From an uncultured Alphaproteobacteria bacterium (GTDB lineage: Bacteria > Pseudomonadota > Alphaproteobacteria > HIMB59 > GCA-002718135), in NCBI GenBank assembly GCA_902615845.1, contig CACMQS010000006.1:23678-87677 (forward strand): 64,000 nt of DNA, given 5' to 3'. The notes under the pieces were generated by a model. That model was not told the origin of the DNA, searched no databases, and saw only the letters and a list, made by a program, of their open reading frames with translations. This document shows, one piece after another, positions 37,851 through 52,828 of the stretch. Within the stretch, counting starts at the first letter, position 1. The number at the start of each line of letters is the position of its first letter. The position numbers were made by a program, and so were the translations under genes.

Positions 37851-39249
37851 GACTATTTTACAAACACGATTTGCACCCTCTCCTACTGGCAATCTACATC
37901 TTGGAGGTGCTAGAACTGCTTTAATTAATTATATTGTAAGTAAGAAATCAGCATCATCTAAATTTTACCTGAGAATTGAAGATACAGATCATGAAAGATC
38001 AAAACAAGAATACACAGATAACATAACTAATTCTTTAAAATGGCTTGGGCTTAATTGGGATGATGAAATTCAAGTTCAATCTAAAAGATTATCAAGGCAT
38101 CAAGAAATTGCTAGAGAATTACTTCAAAAAAAACAAGCTTTTAAATGCGTATGTTCTGAAGAAAAAATAGCTAACCAAAGAAAGTTAATTAAAGAAAATA
38201 AAAATTATTCTAAAAAAATATGTACTGAATGTAAAAATGATAATAATATTCAAAGTAGAGATGAAGGTTTTGTAGTTAGATTAGATGTACCGGATGAAGG
38301 CAATTTAAAAATTAAAGATACAATTCAAGGAGACGTTATAGTAGCAAATTTAGAGTTAGATGATTTTATTTTACTAAGAAAAGATCAATCACCAACCTAT
38401 ATGTTATCTGTAGTAGTGGATGATCATGATTTAGGAGTCAATTATATTATTAGAGGTGACGATCATTTTATTAATACTTTTAGACAATACTACATATATA
38501 AATTTATGAATTGGGATATACCTCAATATGCTCATATTCCTCTTATTCACGGAGAAGATGGAACAAAATTATCAAAAAGACATGGTGCCGTAAATATTTT
38601 AGATTTAAAAAAAGACGGTTATTTAAAAGAAGCAATTATTAACAATCTTATACTTTTAGGTTGGTCAAATAACCAAGAGAAATCAGAAACTATTGAATTA
38701 GAGGAAATAATTGAAAATTTTGAAATATCAAATTTATCTAAATCATCTAGTATATTTAGTTTTAATAAATTAGATTTTTTTAATAATTTTTATTTAAGAA
38801 AAGAAAACGGAATAGAAAAATTCATAAACTTTTGTGAAAGTGATGTTGAATTAAATAAATATCTACAAAAAGATAAGACAAAAATGAAAAATATTTTTAA
38901 TGTTTATAAAAAAGATATTAAAAAACTAAGTGATTTGAATGATACAATTAGTGTTTATTTTGATGAAAATTATAAAATAAATAAGACAGAAAAACTGACC
39001 TCAGAATTTGATAGTTTTTTTAACGAATTTTTAAATTTAATTGCAGAAATAGATGATTGGAATAGAGATAATGTTCAAAATGTCATAAATGATTTTTTAA
39101 AAAATAATAAAATTAAATTCCCTGTTTTAGGTAAACCAATAAGATTTTTACTAATAAATTCCTATCAAGGGCCTTCAATTTCTGATATTTTTGTAATATT
39201 AGGTAAAAAAGATACTATTGATAGATTAAATCAATATAGAGATAATTAA
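37849..39249 (+). CDS. gltX: Glutamate--tRNA ligase
   Basis: HIGH-type motif [11 protein letters not shown] and KMSKS-type motif KLSKR. Confidence 0.95.
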   Translation: MTILQTRFAPSPTGNLHLGGARTALINYIVSKKSASSKFYLRIEDTDHERSKQEYTDNITNSLKWLGLNWDDEIQVQSKRLSRHQEIARELLQKKQAFKCVCSEEKIANQRKLIKENKNYSKKICTECKNDNNIQSRDEGFVVRLDVPDEGNLKIKDTIQGDVIVANLELDDFILLRKDQSPTYMLSVVVDDHDLGVNYIIRGDDHFINTFRQYYIYKFMNWDIPQYAHIPLIHGEDGTKLSKRHGAVNILDLKKDGYLKEAIINNLILLGWSNNQEKSETIELEEIIENFEISNLSKSSSIFSFNKLDFFNNFYLRKENGIEKFINFCESDVELNKYLQKDKTKMKNIFNVYKKDIKKLSDLNDTISVYFDENYKINKTEKLTSEFDSFFNEFLNLIAEIDDWNRDNVQNVINDFLKNNKIKFPVLGKPIRFLLINSYQGPSISDIFVILGKKDTIDRLNQYRDN

Positions 39250-39251
39250 AT

Positions 39252-40610
39252 ATGGCTGATTACGAAGATAAAAAAGTTAATGATAAACAGTTTACTCTAT
39301 TCAACAATGAGAGTGGTAAATCGTATCAAATTCCACTTATTGAAAGTAAAGATGGTCCGAATGTTTTGGATATTCGTAAACTTTATCAAGAAACAGGTTT
39401 ATTTACTTTTGATCCAGGTTTTACATCAACTGCATCATGTGAATCTGGAATAACATATATAGATGGTGAAAAAGGAATTCTTCGTCATAGAGGTTATGAT
39501 ATACACGATTTGGCATCTAAAAGTGAATTTCTTGAAGTTTGTTATCTTTTACTGCACGGTGAATTACCGTCTCCTGAAGACAAGCAGAAATTTAAAGATG
39601 TAATTACCAATCATACAATGTTGCATGAGCAACTAGTAAATTTATACAGAGGTTTTCGTAGAGATGCGCACCCTATGGCAATTATGGTAGGTGTTGTTGG
39701 CGCCCTTTCAGCCTTTTATCATGACAGTACTGATTTTTCAGACATTAATCAAAGAATGATTGCCTGTCATAGATTAATAGCAAAAATTCCCACAATAGGT
39801 GCAATGGCTTATAAATATTCCATTGGTCAACCATTTGTTTATCCAAGAAATGATCTTTCTTATGCAGAAAATTTTTTATACATGACATTTTCTGTGCCAT
39901 CAGAAGATTACAAGGTGAGTCCAAAAATTGTTAGAGCAATGGATAGATTTTTTACGTTACATGCTGATCATGAACAAAACGCATCCACTTCAACAGTTAG
40001 ATTGGCAGGTTCCTCTGGTGCAAATCCTTTTGCTTGTATTGCTGCTGGTATTGCATCTTTGTGGGGACCAGCTCATGGTGGAGCTAATGAAGCAGTAATT
40101 AAAATGTTAGAAGAGATTGGTGATGTATCAAATATACAAAAATTTATAGATAAAGCTAAAGATAAAAATGACTCTTTTAGATTAATGGGTTTTGGGCATA
40201 GAGTTTATAAAAACTATGATCCAAGAGCCACTGTGATGAAAGAAAGTGCACATGAGGTTTTAGAAGAGTTAAATATGCAAGATGATCCATTGCTTAAAAT
40301 TGCAATAGAATTAGAAAAAATAGCTCTGAAAGATGAATATTTTATTAGTAAAAAATTATTCCCAAATGTAGATTTCTATTCAGGTATAATTCTAAAAGCA
40401 TTAGGTTTCCCCACAAGTATGTTTACAGTGCTATTTGCAATAGGAAGAACTGTAGGATGGATTTCACAATGGAAAGAAATGATAGAAGATCCTATTAATA
40501 AAATTGGCAGACCTCGTCAATTATACACTGGTTATAAAGCTAGACCTTATCAAGTTGAATCTTCTAGAGAAAAAAAATCAATTTTTAATTGGCTTTGGAA
40601 GAAAGATTAA
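39252..40610 (+). CDS. gltA: Citrate synthase
   Basis: [24 protein letters not shown], and RPRQLYTG motifs. Confidence 0.96.
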   Translation: MADYEDKKVNDKQFTLFNNESGKSYQIPLIESKDGPNVLDIRKLYQETGLFTFDPGFTSTASCESGITYIDGEKGILRHRGYDIHDLASKSEFLEVCYLLLHGELPSPEDKQKFKDVITNHTMLHEQLVNLYRGFRRDAHPMAIMVGVVGALSAFYHDSTDFSDINQRMIACHRLIAKIPTIGAMAYKYSIGQPFVYPRNDLSYAENFLYMTFSVPSEDYKVSPKIVRAMDRFFTLHADHEQNASTSTVRLAGSSGANPFACIAAGIASLWGPAHGGANEAVIKMLEEIGDVSNIQKFIDKAKDKNDSFRLMGFGHRVYKNYDPRATVMKESAHEVLEELNMQDDPLLKIAIELEKIALKDEYFISKKLFPNVDFYSGIILKALGFPTSMFTVLFAIGRTVGWISQWKEMIEDPINKIGRPRQLYTGYKARPYQVESSREKKSIFNWLWKKD

Positions 40611-41712
40611 TTAACTTATTTATCCGATTAACACTCACATCATAAGGACTAAAATCATTAACAATTTCTTTGAGATACATATTAATTAAGTTAATTTGAT
40701 TTTCTTGTTTTTTTCTATCATTAAATAAATTTAGAAAGATATTTAATAACTTTTTTTCATTTAAATTTGAGTTAACAACTTCTGGAATAATCATTCGGTT
40801 ACTTATAATATTTATAAGATTTGCATATTTCACTCTTACAAAAGGTTTGATTAAAATTTCTGTGAAATAATTAAGTTTGTAGATTACTATTTGAGGAATA
40901 TTCCTTTTGGCAATTTCCAAAGAGGCTGTACCAGAACAAGTTATACTTATGTAAACATCTTCATAATATTCATCAAATTTACTCATATCAGTTGAGATAA
41001 TAGTCTCAGTTTTCCATTGCTTAGTATTTTCTTTAATTAAAGATGCAAGATGAGGCAAAGTTGGAATAAATATTTTATAATGTAGATTATTCTCAGATAT
41101 ATATTTTTCAATATAACTAAAATATTTCATAAGTTTTAATACTTCATTTTGTCTACTACCTGGTAAAAAAGAGAGGTACTTATATTTTCCTTTATTCTCT
41201 CTTTTTTTTATGTGAAAAATTGGATGCCCAATAAAAGTTTTATTTAGATTATCAAAATTGAAATATTTTTTTTCAAAATTGAATAATAGAAAAATTTCAT
41301 CAAAAATATTTGCAAATTTCCTTGCCCTATATGATCTCCAAGCCCAAACAGTTGGTGCAACTACATGTATTATTTGATTCTTATAATTTGATTTTCTTAA
41401 TTGGTTTACAAGGTTATAATTAAAATCTGGTGAGTCTATAGTTAAAACTAAATCATATTCATTTTTAATAATATAGTTTTTTAATCTTTTTATCATTTTT
41501 AAATATTTTAAAATTGAAAGTATTATCTCAAAAAACCCTAAAGATTTAAATTCTGATAAATCATAAATTTTAGTAGTAATATATTTTTCAGTCTCTTTGC
41601 CGCAAACTCCATCAAATTGGTATTTATCAATATTCATTCTTGATAAAATATTTGAGCAAATATTTTCACCGGACTGTTCAGTACAACAAACAAAAATTTT
41701 TATTTTTTTCAA
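40585..41712 (-). CDS. lpxB: Lipid-A-disaccharide synthase
   Basis: N-terminal TEQSGE (GE-SG-type) motif. It occupies the conserved lpxA-lpxI-lpxB order. A TTG start overlaps the lpxI stop (TTGA). Confidence 0.88.
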   Translation of the reverse strand: MKKIKIFVCCTEQSGENICSNILSRMNIDKYQFDGVCGKETEKYITTKIYDLSEFKSLGFFEIILSILKYLKMIKRLKNYIIKNEYDLVLTIDSPDFNYNLVNQLRKSNYKNQIIHVVAPTVWAWRSYRARKFANIFDEIFLLFNFEKKYFNFDNLNKTFIGHPIFHIKKRENKGKYKYLSFLPGSRQNEVLKLMKYFSYIEKYISENNLHYKIFIPTLPHLASLIKENTKQWKTETIISTDMSKFDEYYEDVYISITCSGTASLEIAKRNIPQIVIYKLNYFTEILIKPFVRVKYANLINIISNRMIIPEVVNSNLNEKKLLNIFLNLFNDRKKQENQINLINMYLKEIVNDFSPYDVSVNRINKLINLSSKAN

Positions 41713-42521
41713 TTTAAATCAACTGATGAGATAAATAAATTATTTTGACTAGCATAATCAATAATTTTTTTCTTATCTAAAATTAAACACTTATTTTTTT
41801 GCAAATATACACCTTCATAATTATATTTTTTTAAATTTTTCATTGTATCTAAGCCAATTAAAGGAATATCAATTAGATTACTCTGGTTTTGCTTTGAAAA
41901 TTTAAACAGTACACCATTATCATCTTTTCTTTTGTATTCTTTACATCTTTTTAACAACTCATCAGTACCCTCTATAGCTTCTAATCCTAAAACTAATTGA
42001 TTTTGAATTATCATAGCCTGACCAACATCTAATTTCTTATAAATTTGATATATAGATTTTGCTTTTTTTAAATTTAGTATTGCGTTTTTAGAAGGTCTGA
42101 TTTTTGTTAAATTTATTTCTGTTGAAAATAATTCTTTACAATATTTAGTCCAATTAAAAAAAATATATCCTTTAGTTTCAAAGTATTTTTTCAAGCTCAT
42201 TAAAAGATTATTGTCACCTTTTTTTTCTAATAAAAGACTTTTAGCAAGTAACAATGTAGGGAAATCAAAACCTAAATCTTTAATACCAGGTCTTTTTATG
42301 CTTCCTGCAAATATTATATGTTTTATTTTATTTGAATCTAAAACTTTAAAAATTTTTTTTACTGATAAGATATCTAAATTCACAACATTATGATTGTTAT
42401 AAAATTTATTATTTTTATTATTTAAAGATAAAAATGTAACATCGTAATTTTTACTTAATAATGATTTGCCAATATATAGGGGCAAATTACCATCCCCAGC
42501 AATTATTCCTATTTTAGTCAT
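41709..42521 (-). CDS. lpxI: UDP-2,3-diacylglucosamine pyrophosphatase LpxI (DUF1009 family)
   Basis: N-terminus IGIIAGDGNLPLYI. Its position between lpxA and lpxB matches Caulobacter. ATG 42521 is preferred over TTG 42527. Confidence 0.85.
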   Translation of the reverse strand: MTKIGIIAGDGNLPLYIGKSLLSKNYDVTFLSLNNKNNKFYNNHNVVNLDILSVKKIFKVLDSNKIKHIIFAGSIKRPGIKDLGFDFPTLLLAKSLLLEKKGDNNLLMSLKKYFETKGYIFFNWTKYCKELFSTEINLTKIRPSKNAILNLKKAKSIYQIYKKLDVGQAMIIQNQLVLGLEAIEGTDELLKRCKEYKRKDDNGVLFKFSKQNQSNLIDIPLIGLDTMKNLKKYNYEGVYLQKNKCLILDKKKIIDYASQNNLFISSVDLN

Positions 42522-43299
42522 TTTCAAAAGTGGTAATGCCTCTTTTTGAATTTGAGTTCAGAAATTCAATTACTTCCTTAATTTCTAAAATTTCAGAACT
42601 TTCAACAAAATTATTTTTAATATTATTTTCAATTGTGTCATTTTTATCAAAAATTATATTTATAAGATTTTTAATTTCATTGATTGCATTAGATGTTAAG
42701 CCTTTTCTTTTTAAGCCAATGAGGTTTAAGCTTTTTAAATTTTCTCTTATTCCTGTATACAAACCATATGGAATGATATCTTTTTCAACACCACTCATAC
42801 CACCAATCATTGCATATTTTCCTATTCTCACAAATTGATGAATTGCTGAATTACCTCCTAAAATTGCATTATTATCAATTTCTACATGTCCTGCAAGAGT
42901 TGCATTATTGGCTAAAATAACATTTGATTTAATAATACAATCATGCGCTACATGTGAACCTACCATAAATAAACAATTATCGGCTATATTTGTATTTAAA
43001 CCTCCTCCAGATGTGCCTGGATTCACTGTAACATTTTCTCTAAATTTATTGTTACTACCAATTTTAAGATAGGATTTTTCTTTATTGTATTTTAAGTCTT
43101 GAGGTTCTGAACCAATTGAACAGAATGGATAAAACGTGTTATTATTTTCAATAATTGAGTCGCCAATAATAGAAACATGAGAAATTAGATTGTTGTTTTT
43201 TCCAATTTTTACTCCATCTCCAATAATACAAAATGGGCCTATATTTGTTGTTTCGTCAATTTCTGCATTATTTGAAACAACAGCTGAAGGATGGATCAT
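42514..43299 (-). CDS. lpxA: Acyl-ACP--UDP-N-acetylglucosamine O-acyltransferase
   Basis: MIHPSAVV N-terminus, left-handed beta-helix hexapeptide repeats, and 261 aa. Confidence 0.94.
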   Translation of the reverse strand: MIHPSAVVSNNAEIDETTNIGPFCIIGDGVKIGKNNNLISHVSIIGDSIIENNNTFYPFCSIGSEPQDLKYNKEKSYLKIGSNNKFRENVTVNPGTSGGGLNTNIADNCLFMVGSHVAHDCIIKSNVILANNATLAGHVEIDNNAILGGNSAIHQFVRIGKYAMIGGMSGVEKDIIPYGLYTGIRENLKSLNLIGLKRKGLTSNAINEIKNLINIIFDKNDTIENNIKNNFVESSEILEIKEVIEFLNSNSKRGITTFEND

Positions 43300-43359
43300 A
43301 TTTTAAACTTTAATAAATTATGAAAATGTAACTTAAAATAAATAATATATTTCTGATTA

Positions 43360-43794
43360 TTACTTATAAGTTATCATTGCTGAAAACTCAGCCTCACAAA
43401 CTTTTACATCTTCTTTGAAGCAAGTACCTTCAAATTTATAGACATCTCTAACACTATTAACAAAATTTACTTCAAATGATACTTTTTCATTTGGGAATAT
43501 AGGTTTTCTAAATTTAGCTTTATTTACACTCATGAATAAAACTGACTTTTCTTTAAATTCTTTAAGTTTGTATGAAACAACTATACCAGCTGTTTGAGCC
43601 ATCGCTTCAACAATAATTACTCCAGGAACAATTGGATTGTTAGGAAAGTGCCCATTAAAAAAATATTCATTTGCAGTAAATAATTTTTCAGATTTACCAT
43701 GCTCCCCAGGTGTAATTATCTCACAAGTATCAACAAATAAAAATGGATCTCTATGAGGAATAAGGTTTTTAATTTCTTCTGTATTTAATTTCAT
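43360..43794 (-). CDS. fabZ: 3-hydroxyacyl-ACP dehydratase
   Basis: IPHRDPFLFVD and FNGHFPNNPIVPGV motifs. Confidence 0.96.
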   Translation of the reverse strand: MKLNTEEIKNLIPHRDPFLFVDTCEIITPGEHGKSEKLFTANEYFFNGHFPNNPIVPGVIIVEAMAQTAGIVVSYKLKEFKEKSVLFMSVNKAKFRKPIFPNEKVSFEVNFVNSVRDVYKFEGTCFKEDVKVCEAEFSAMITYK

Positions 43795-44777
43795 TTTCTT
43801 AAACTATTTCTTATGATTTCTCTCTTCCATAACTTAATATCTTTTGCTGGAAAACCAGCTATTATCGCATTGCTTGAGATATTTTTTGTTACTCCACTTT
43901 TACCGGCTATACTAACATTGTCACCTATTACTAAATGACCTGATATGCCTGTTTGTCCACCAATTTTCACATAATTACCAATTTTGGTGCTTCCAGCAAT
44001 GCCTACTTGGGCAGCAATAACTGCAAAATCTCCAATGTTAACATTATGAGCTATTTGAACTAAATTATCTATATTAGAAAATTCTCCTACTATAGTAGAG
44101 TCAAAAACTGCTCTATCAATAGTAGTATTGGAGCCAATTGAAGAATTTTTTCCAATAATAACATTACCACTATGATTTATTTTTTGTTTAGTTTTCATTT
44201 CAAAACCAAATCCAGCACCACCAATTCTAGCACCAGATTTAATTATACAATTGTCCATTATTATTGCATTTGAAATAGAGACGTTATCATGAATAACAAC
44301 ATTTTTATTTATAATAACATTTGGACCAATACTTGAATTTGAACCAATATAAGAGTTTTCTTTAATTTCAGTATTGTGGAAAATCGTTGTAAATGAATTT
44401 ATTTGAACATTTTTTTCAATTTTACTTTTTGAATCTACAGATGTGTTACTTGAAATGATGCCATTTGATTGAAAAATTTCATCACTAAATAAATTACTTA
44501 TAAAAGCTAGAGCCAAATATGGATCCATAACTATAATTGGATAACAATTATCAGGAAGATAATTTATAAACTTTTCTTCAATCAGGCAAGCTTTAGCCTT
44601 TATTTTTTTTAGATCATTAAGATATCTAATATTTGAAAAAAAAGATAAATCATTTTTAGATGAATTTGATATAGTTTTTAAATTTAAAAATATTTCTTCA
44701 TCAGAAATTTTTGATTTAACTTCTAGAGAATTTTTTTCTAATATCTCTTTTATTTTTTTATATTTAATTTTTTTCAA
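43791..44777 (-). CDS. lpxD: UDP-3-O-acylglucosamine N-acyltransferase
   Basis: Long hexapeptide-repeat region in 328 aa. It occupies the conserved skp-lpxD-fabZ order. Confidence 0.93.
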   Translation of the reverse strand: MKKIKYKKIKEILEKNSLEVKSKISDEEIFLNLKTISNSSKNDLSFFSNIRYLNDLKKIKAKACLIEEKFINYLPDNCYPIIVMDPYLALAFISNLFSDEIFQSNGIISSNTSVDSKSKIEKNVQINSFTTIFHNTEIKENSYIGSNSSIGPNVIINKNVVIHDNVSISNAIIMDNCIIKSGARIGGAGFGFEMKTKQKINHSGNVIIGKNSSIGSNTTIDRAVFDSTIVGEFSNIDNLVQIAHNVNIGDFAVIAAQVGIAGSTKIGNYVKIGGQTGISGHLVIGDNVSIAGKSGVTKNISSNAIIAGFPAKDIKLWKREIIRNSLRK

Positions 44778-45293
44778 AATCTTTATATTCTAAATTAAAA
44801 TTTAATTTTTCTAATTCACTATTTATAACAACAGTTATATCTAAAGAATTAGATGCTATTAAATAAGTAGTTGAGTCTAATATTAAATCAACACTATTTT
44901 CAAGTGCATATTTTTCTAATAGTTTAAAGATTTCTTTTAAAATTGTTTCCCTTATTGTAATAATTTCATTTTGATAATGTAAATTAAATTCTTCAATTAA
45001 TTTACTAAATTGAGATAACTGATTATTATAATTTTCAATTTGAATCTTAATCTCTTCATTATTTAAAATTAATTTAGATTCTTCAATTTTTTCAAGATTT
45101 AAAGCTAATTCATTTTCCATAATATTAAAATCTTTAAGATAATTTTGCTGACTTATTTCAATATCTTTAATAGTTTTTTTATAAATTTTATTACTATCAA
45201 TCAAAGACTGTACATTCACAATAGCAATAGTTTGTGAAAAAATATTAGAAGAAAAAATATTTATAAAAAAAAAGATTATAATGTAAATTAATT

Positions 45294-45297
<4 letters not shown>
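44764..45297 (-). CDS. skp: OmpH/Skp family periplasmic chaperone
   Basis: Signal peptide followed by a coiled-coil-rich 177 aa protein, immediately downstream of bamA. Confidence 0.85.
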
Positions 45298-47576
<2,279 letters not shown>

Positions 47577-48678
47577 GATATTTAATAATATCTTTAATAT
47601 TGTTTAGTGCATAATACAAATTTAAAGATGTAACTTTTTCTATTATTTTGTAAATATCTGTATATTTAATTAAGTTTTTTTTAAATAAATTTACAGCAAA
47701 TTCATTTCCTACATTGAACTTTATTAAATTTTCTGGTTTTTTTTTATCAATTTTACTAAAAAATTTATAAATTGGAAATATATCATTTTTTACATTTTCA
47801 AAATTTAAATTTTTATAATCTTGAATAAAATATTTATTATTATTTTTTTTTAATTTGTTATTAGCATATAAAAAAAAATTTATAATTGGTATGTCCATAT
47901 TATTTTTAAATAAATTGAACTGTGAAGTATAGTTATTATACTCAATTACTGAATGAACAATTGCTTCAGGGTGAATAAGAATTTTCATTTTATTAAATGG
48001 AAGATCAAATAAATAGTGAGTTTCAATTAATTCTAGACACTTATTAACTAATGTTGCTGAGTCGATGCTATTTTTATAACCCATTTTCCATTTTGGATGT
48101 TTGATAGCTTCGGAAAATTTGATGTTTTTTAAAGTATGAAATTTTCTTTTATAAAAAGGGCCTCCAGATGCAGTTAAAATAATGTTATTAATACTTTTAT
48201 GATTACCATTATTACTTAATGTATCAAAAAGTGAAAAATGTTCTGAATCTAAAGGAAAAATATTGGTCTTTTTAAAGTAATTTTTCTTTTTAAAAATATG
48301 ACCTGCTGAAACTATTACTTCTTTATTAACAATACCTAAATTATCAGTATTTAATATTATATTTTCTAAAAAATATAAGGCTTTATACCCTGAAATTGCT
48401 AACAAGCTTAAATCAGATTTACTTAATAGTAAATAACTCTTCAATTCATTGATATCTAAAAATTTAGTATTTTCAATTTTAAAATTTTCTTTTGGAAGCT
48501 TTTTTATGTCATAAAGAAAAGCATACTGGGGTTTATATTTTTGTATTTGTTTTTTTAAAAGGCTCAAATTAGATTTTGCACATAACAAATTTACTTTTAA
48601 ATTTGGGAAATTTTTACTTATTAAATTTAAAGTTTTTCTTCCAATTACTCCAGTGCTACCATAAATATTTATGTTCAT

Positions 48679-49296
48679 TTATATATTGATAGATATAGAA
48701 TAAAAAATAATTGAAAATAGAAAACTATCAAACCTATCAAATACTCCACCATGGCCAGGAATAAATTCACTAGAATTCTTTAAATTATTTTTTCTTTTAA
48801 AATATGATTCAAGAATATCTCCTATAAAAGAACAAGTAATTATCAGTATTGTATATATGACTAATTGGATATTAATAAAAATACCAACAAAATGTGAAAA
48901 TGCTAATCCAAAAACAAAAGAGACTATTGCACCTCCAATTAAACCTTCAAGTGTTTTATTTGGACTAATTTTAAATATTTTTACTTTTCCATAAGCATTA
49001 CCAACTATATATGAAAAAATATCAAACATAACAACAATCAAGATAAATAAATTAAAATGGAAGAATATTTCTTGATTAAAATCAATATTAATAAAAAAAA
49101 CAAAAGATATAAATAAATACAAAAAAGGTAATAATTTATATTTTTTAAAATTAATATAAATTTCAATAAATATAAAAGAATAAATTAATAGTATAATATA
49201 AAAAACAAATGAAAAATTAATTGATAAACAAATTAAATATATAATTATAAAAATTAAAGAAATAAAAAGTCTTAGAAAAAAATTTTTATAGACCAT
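48679..49296 (-). CDS. cdsA: Phosphatidate cytidylyltransferase (short form)
   Basis: C-terminal signature SYFKRKNNLKNSSEFIPGHGGVFDRFDS. I chose the ATG at 49296; the track's TTG at 49308 is an alternative start. Confidence 0.88.
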   Translation of the reverse strand: MVYKNFFLRLFISLIFIIIYLICLSINFSFVFYIILLIYSFIFIEIYINFKKYKLLPFLYLFISFVFFINIDFNQEIFFHFNLFILIVVMFDIFSYIVGNAYGKVKIFKISPNKTLEGLIGGAIVSFVFGLAFSHFVGIFINIQLVIYTILIITCSFIGDILESYFKRKNNLKNSSEFIPGHGGVFDRFDSFLFSIIFYSISINI

Positions 49297-49975
49297 ATTT
49301 CCTATCAATTTGATGATATTGATTTATAATTGAATTTAATTCTTTTTCAGAAAAATCTGGCCAAAGAGTGTCAGTGAAAAAAAGTTCAGTGTAAGTCAGG
49401 TTATACATTATAAAATTACTTAATCTTTTATACCCACCAGTTCTTATTAAAATATCTGGTTCTGGCAAAGAGCCAATAAAAAATAATTTATCGATATTTT
49501 TTTGTTTGTTTAAATTAATTTTGGTTTTAGTTTTTAAGACTTTTTGTAAAACATATTTAATCTCATCTTTAAAACCATAGTTAAATGCAATATTTAAATT
49601 TAAATTTTTATTTTTTTCAGATGTTTTTTCAATTTTTTCAAAGATTTCTTTTAATTTTTTTGGCAGTTTTTCTCTAGATCCAAAAATATTTATTCTCACT
49701 CCTTCTTCATGAATTAAATCTTCAAAAGTTTTTGAAAAATTATCATAAATAATATTATAAATTATATTAATTGAAGATCGTTTATAATTTTCAGATGATA
49801 AAGCAAATATTGTTAAATAATTTAATTTTTTATATAATGCATATTGAACTAATTTTTTAATATTTTCAAAACCTTTTGTATATCCTAATTTATTAGAATA
49901 GTTATTTAGTTTTGCCCATCTTTTATTTCCATCAAGGATAAGAGCAATATGCTCGAGATTATTTAACAAGCTCAC
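49286..49975 (-). CDS. uppS: Undecaprenyl diphosphate synthase
   Basis: ILDGNKRWA and IRTGGYKRLSNF motifs. A GTG start overlaps the frr stop (GTGA). Confidence 0.93.
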   Translation of the reverse strand: MSLLNNLEHIALILDGNKRWAKLNNYSNKLGYTKGFENIKKLVQYALYKKLNYLTIFALSSENYKRSSINIIYNIIYDNFSKTFEDLIHEEGVRINIFGSREKLPKKLKEIFEKIEKTSEKNKNLNLNIAFNYGFKDEIKYVLQKVLKTKTKINLNKQKNIDKLFFIGSLPEPDILIRTGGYKRLSNFIMYNLTYTELFFTDTLWPDFSEKELNSIINQYHQIDRKYGL

Positions 49976-50514
49976 ACTTTTAAAATATCAGCTTTTTTTT
50001 CTTCTAATATTTTGTCTATTTTATTAATATTATTGTCAGTTGTTTTCTGTATATCATTAATTTTTCTTTTTAGTTCATCTTCAGAAAGATTTGAATTCTT
50101 TTTTTCATTTTTGGAATTTTCAATAAAATCTCTTCTAATGTTTCTAACAGCAACCTTTGAGTTTTCAGCAAATTCTGATGCTATTTTTATTATCTCCTTT
50201 CTTCTTTCTTCACTTAACTTTGGTATTGGTAGTCTTAAAATTTGGCCATCTGTTTGTGGGTTAATCCCTAAATTTGATTCAGTTATTGCATTTTCTATTG
50301 ATTGTATAAGTGAATTATCCCAAATTTGTATTGTAATTGTATTTGCATCTGGAACAGAAATGTTTCCAAGTTGATTTAAAGGTGTTTTTGAGCCATAAGC
50401 TTCAACAAATATATTATCTAGCATTGATGGATTTGCTCTAGAAGTTCTTAATGAGTTAAGCTCTTTTTCAAAGTGAATAACAGCAGAATTCATTTTACTT
50501 TCAAGATCTGTCAT
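49972..50514 (-). CDS. frr: Ribosome recycling factor
   Basis: 180 aa with LRTSRANPSMLD and VRNIRRD motifs. Confidence 0.96.
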   Translation of the reverse strand: MTDLESKMNSAVIHFEKELNSLRTSRANPSMLDNIFVEAYGSKTPLNQLGNISVPDANTITIQIWDNSLIQSIENAITESNLGINPQTDGQILRLPIPKLSEERRKEIIKIASEFAENSKVAVRNIRRDFIENSKNEKKNSNLSEDELKRKINDIQKTTDNNINKIDKILEEKKADILKV

Positions 50515-50518
50515 AATA

Positions 50519-51220
50519 CTAATTTATTTTACTATATGATCCCTTACGATTCAAAACATTAATTAGAGAATTTTTTTTGAAAATATTTGTTACAAATATT
50601 GGTATTTTTGTATCTTTTGCCAAACTAATTGCAGTTAAATCCATTACTTTTAAGTTTTTATTAATTACTTCATTATATGAAATCTTCTTAATTAACTTTG
50701 CATTTTTAAATTTAACTGGATCTTTATTATAAATGCCATCTACTTTAGTAGCTTTAATAATTAATTTGCAATCTAATTCGGATGCTCTGAGTGTGGCAGC
50801 AGTGTCAGTAGAAAAGAATGGATTTCCAGTACCTGCAGCAAATATTACTATTCTATTTTTTTCTAAATGTCTAATAGCTCTTCTTCTAATATATGGTTCA
50901 GCTATTTGAGACATGTTAATTGCTGATTGAACTCTTGTTGGGACATTAATTGTTTCCAAGCTACTTTGAAGAGATAATGCATTCATAACTGTCGCTAACA
51001 TACCCATATAGTCAGAAGTTGATCTATCTATACCTTCTGATGCACCTTTTATGCCCCTAAAAATATTTCCACCCCCAATGATTAAACAAATTTGATATTT
51101 TTTCTTATAAACATTTTTAATTTCATTTGAAATTTGATTAATTGTAGAAACATCAATTCCATAATTTGAGGATCCCATAAGAGATTCTCCGGAAATTTTA
51201 AGCAATATTCTTTGACTCAT
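50519..51220 (-). CDS. pyrH: UMP kinase
   Basis: LLKISGESL and GGGNIFRG motifs. Confidence 0.96.
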   Translation of the reverse strand: MSQRILLKISGESLMGSSNYGIDVSTINQISNEIKNVYKKKYQICLIIGGGNIFRGIKGASEGIDRSTSDYMGMLATVMNALSLQSSLETINVPTRVQSAINMSQIAEPYIRRRAIRHLEKNRIVIFAAGTGNPFFSTDTAATLRASELDCKLIIKATKVDGIYNKDPVKFKNAKLIKKISYNEVINKNLKVMDLTAISLAKDTKIPIFVTNIFKKNSLINVLNRKGSYSKIN

Positions 51221-51221
51221 C

Positions 51222-52073
51222 TTACAAACTAATTAAATCAAAGGATAATAGATTAAAATTAAATTTAGAATTTTCTACAACTACATCTCGTACAGTTTTA
51301 TCTTGTTCTAATATATAAGGTTGGTTTAGAAGAGTTATTTCACTATAAAATTTTTTCATTTTACCCTCTAAAATTCTTTCAACTATATTGGATGGTTTGC
51401 CAGAATTCAGAATTAATTCTCTTTGGATTTTTTCTTCATTTAAAACTATGGATTTATCTAAATCTTCGATATCAATAGATTCTGGCTTCATTGCAGCAAT
51501 GTGCATACATAGATTTTTTGAGAGAGCTTCAATTATATTATCTTTTTTATCTGAAGAGTATTCTAACAAGGATATAATTTTTCCAATGTTACTTCTATAA
51601 CTATTATGAATGTAATATGAAAAATAGGAATTTTGATTTTCTTTTATTATAAGATCATTTAAAATTAAATTTTCACCAATTTTAGCAATCATTGAATTAA
51701 AATAATCATTAACCGTTCCTTTTTCATAGTTTAGGTTTAAAAGATCATTTTTATCAATTTTAATATTATTTTCTAATACAATTGAACCTAAGCTATCTAG
51801 AAAATCAAGAAATGTATCACTTTTTGCAGCAAAGTCAGTTTCACTATTAACTTTAATCAGAACTGTAATATTTTGATTAGCATAAACACCAACTGCCCCT
51901 TCATTTGCTTCTCTATTAGTTTTTTTAGATGCTTTAGCTAAACCTTTTTTTCTTAGAGCTTCTATTGATTTTTCAATATCATTATTATTTTCTTCTAAAG
52001 ACTTTTTACAATCTAGAAAACCAGCCCCAGTTTTATCTCTTAATTCTTTAATAAGTTCTGCAATGCTTGACAT
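51222..52073 (-). CDS. tsf: Translation elongation factor Ts
   Basis: N-terminal UBA-like segment [17 protein letters not shown]. It lies downstream of rpsB with a 1-nt overlap (TAATG). Confidence 0.95.
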   Translation of the reverse strand: MSSIAELIKELRDKTGAGFLDCKKSLEENNNDIEKSIEALRKKGLAKASKKTNREANEGAVGVYANQNITVLIKVNSETDFAAKSDTFLDFLDSLGSIVLENNIKIDKNDLLNLNYEKGTVNDYFNSMIAKIGENLILNDLIIKENQNSYFSYYIHNSYRSNIGKIISLLEYSSDKKDNIIEALSKNLCMHIAAMKPESIDIEDLDKSIVLNEEKIQRELILNSGKPSNIVERILEGKMKKFYSEITLLNQPYILEQDKTVRDVVVENSKFNFNLLSFDLISL

Positions 52074-52828
52074 TATTTATCATCCTTTTTTAAATTATCT
52101 TCGTTTATATTATTTTCATTTTCATTTAATTGATTGTTAAAATTGATTGCATCTTCAATTGTTGAAAAAAAATAATTTTTATAAAGATTAATAGATCTAA
52201 GAGCATCATCATTTCCAGGTATTACATAATCTATATTTTCTGGATCAGCGTTGGAATCTACTATAGCAACAACAGGAATATTAAGTTTATTTGCTTCACG
52301 AACAGCAATCTTATCCTTTATAACGTCAAAAACTACTAAAAGATCTGGTTTCCCGTTAAGAGATCTAATTCCACCAATATTTAGATCAAGTTTTTGCTTT
52401 TCTCTTGAAATATCAAGCAGTTCTTTTTTTGATAAATTTTTTGATTGTTCATTATCTTTTAAGAAAAGTTCTATTTCTTCTAGTCTTTTAATTGAGTTAG
52501 AAATTGTTTTCCAGTTAGTTAGGGTACCTCCTAACCATCTTTTATTTACATAATAATTATTATTTAACATTGCCAACTCCTTAACAATATCGCTACACTG
52601 TTTTTTTGTACCTACAAAAAGAATTTTTCCAGATTTAGATACAGTTTCATGAATTTTAGTTAGAGCATTATTTAATAATTCTAAGGTTATTCTTAAGTCA
52701 AAAATATGTATATTATTCCTGACACCATAAATATATTCTTTCATTTTTGGATTCCATCTTCTTACATTGTGTCCAAAATGAACGCCTGATTCTAGTAGAT
52801 CTTCAATTTTAACTTCTGGTAAATTCAT
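52073..52828 (-). CDS. rpsB: 30S ribosomal protein S2
   Basis: [10 protein letters not shown] motif. ATG 52828 is preceded by GGGAG at good spacing, so I prefer it over the track's GTG at 52852. Confidence 0.95.
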   Translation of the reverse strand: MNLPEVKIEDLLESGVHFGHNVRRWNPKMKEYIYGVRNNIHIFDLRITLELLNNALTKIHETVSKSGKILFVGTKKQCSDIVKELAMLNNNYYVNKRWLGGTLTNWKTISNSIKRLEEIELFLKDNEQSKNLSKKELLDISREKQKLDLNIGGIRSLNGKPDLLVVFDVIKDKIAVREANKLNIPVVAIVDSNADPENIDYVIPGNDDALRSINLYKNYFFSTIEDAINFNNQLNENENNINEDNLKKDDK

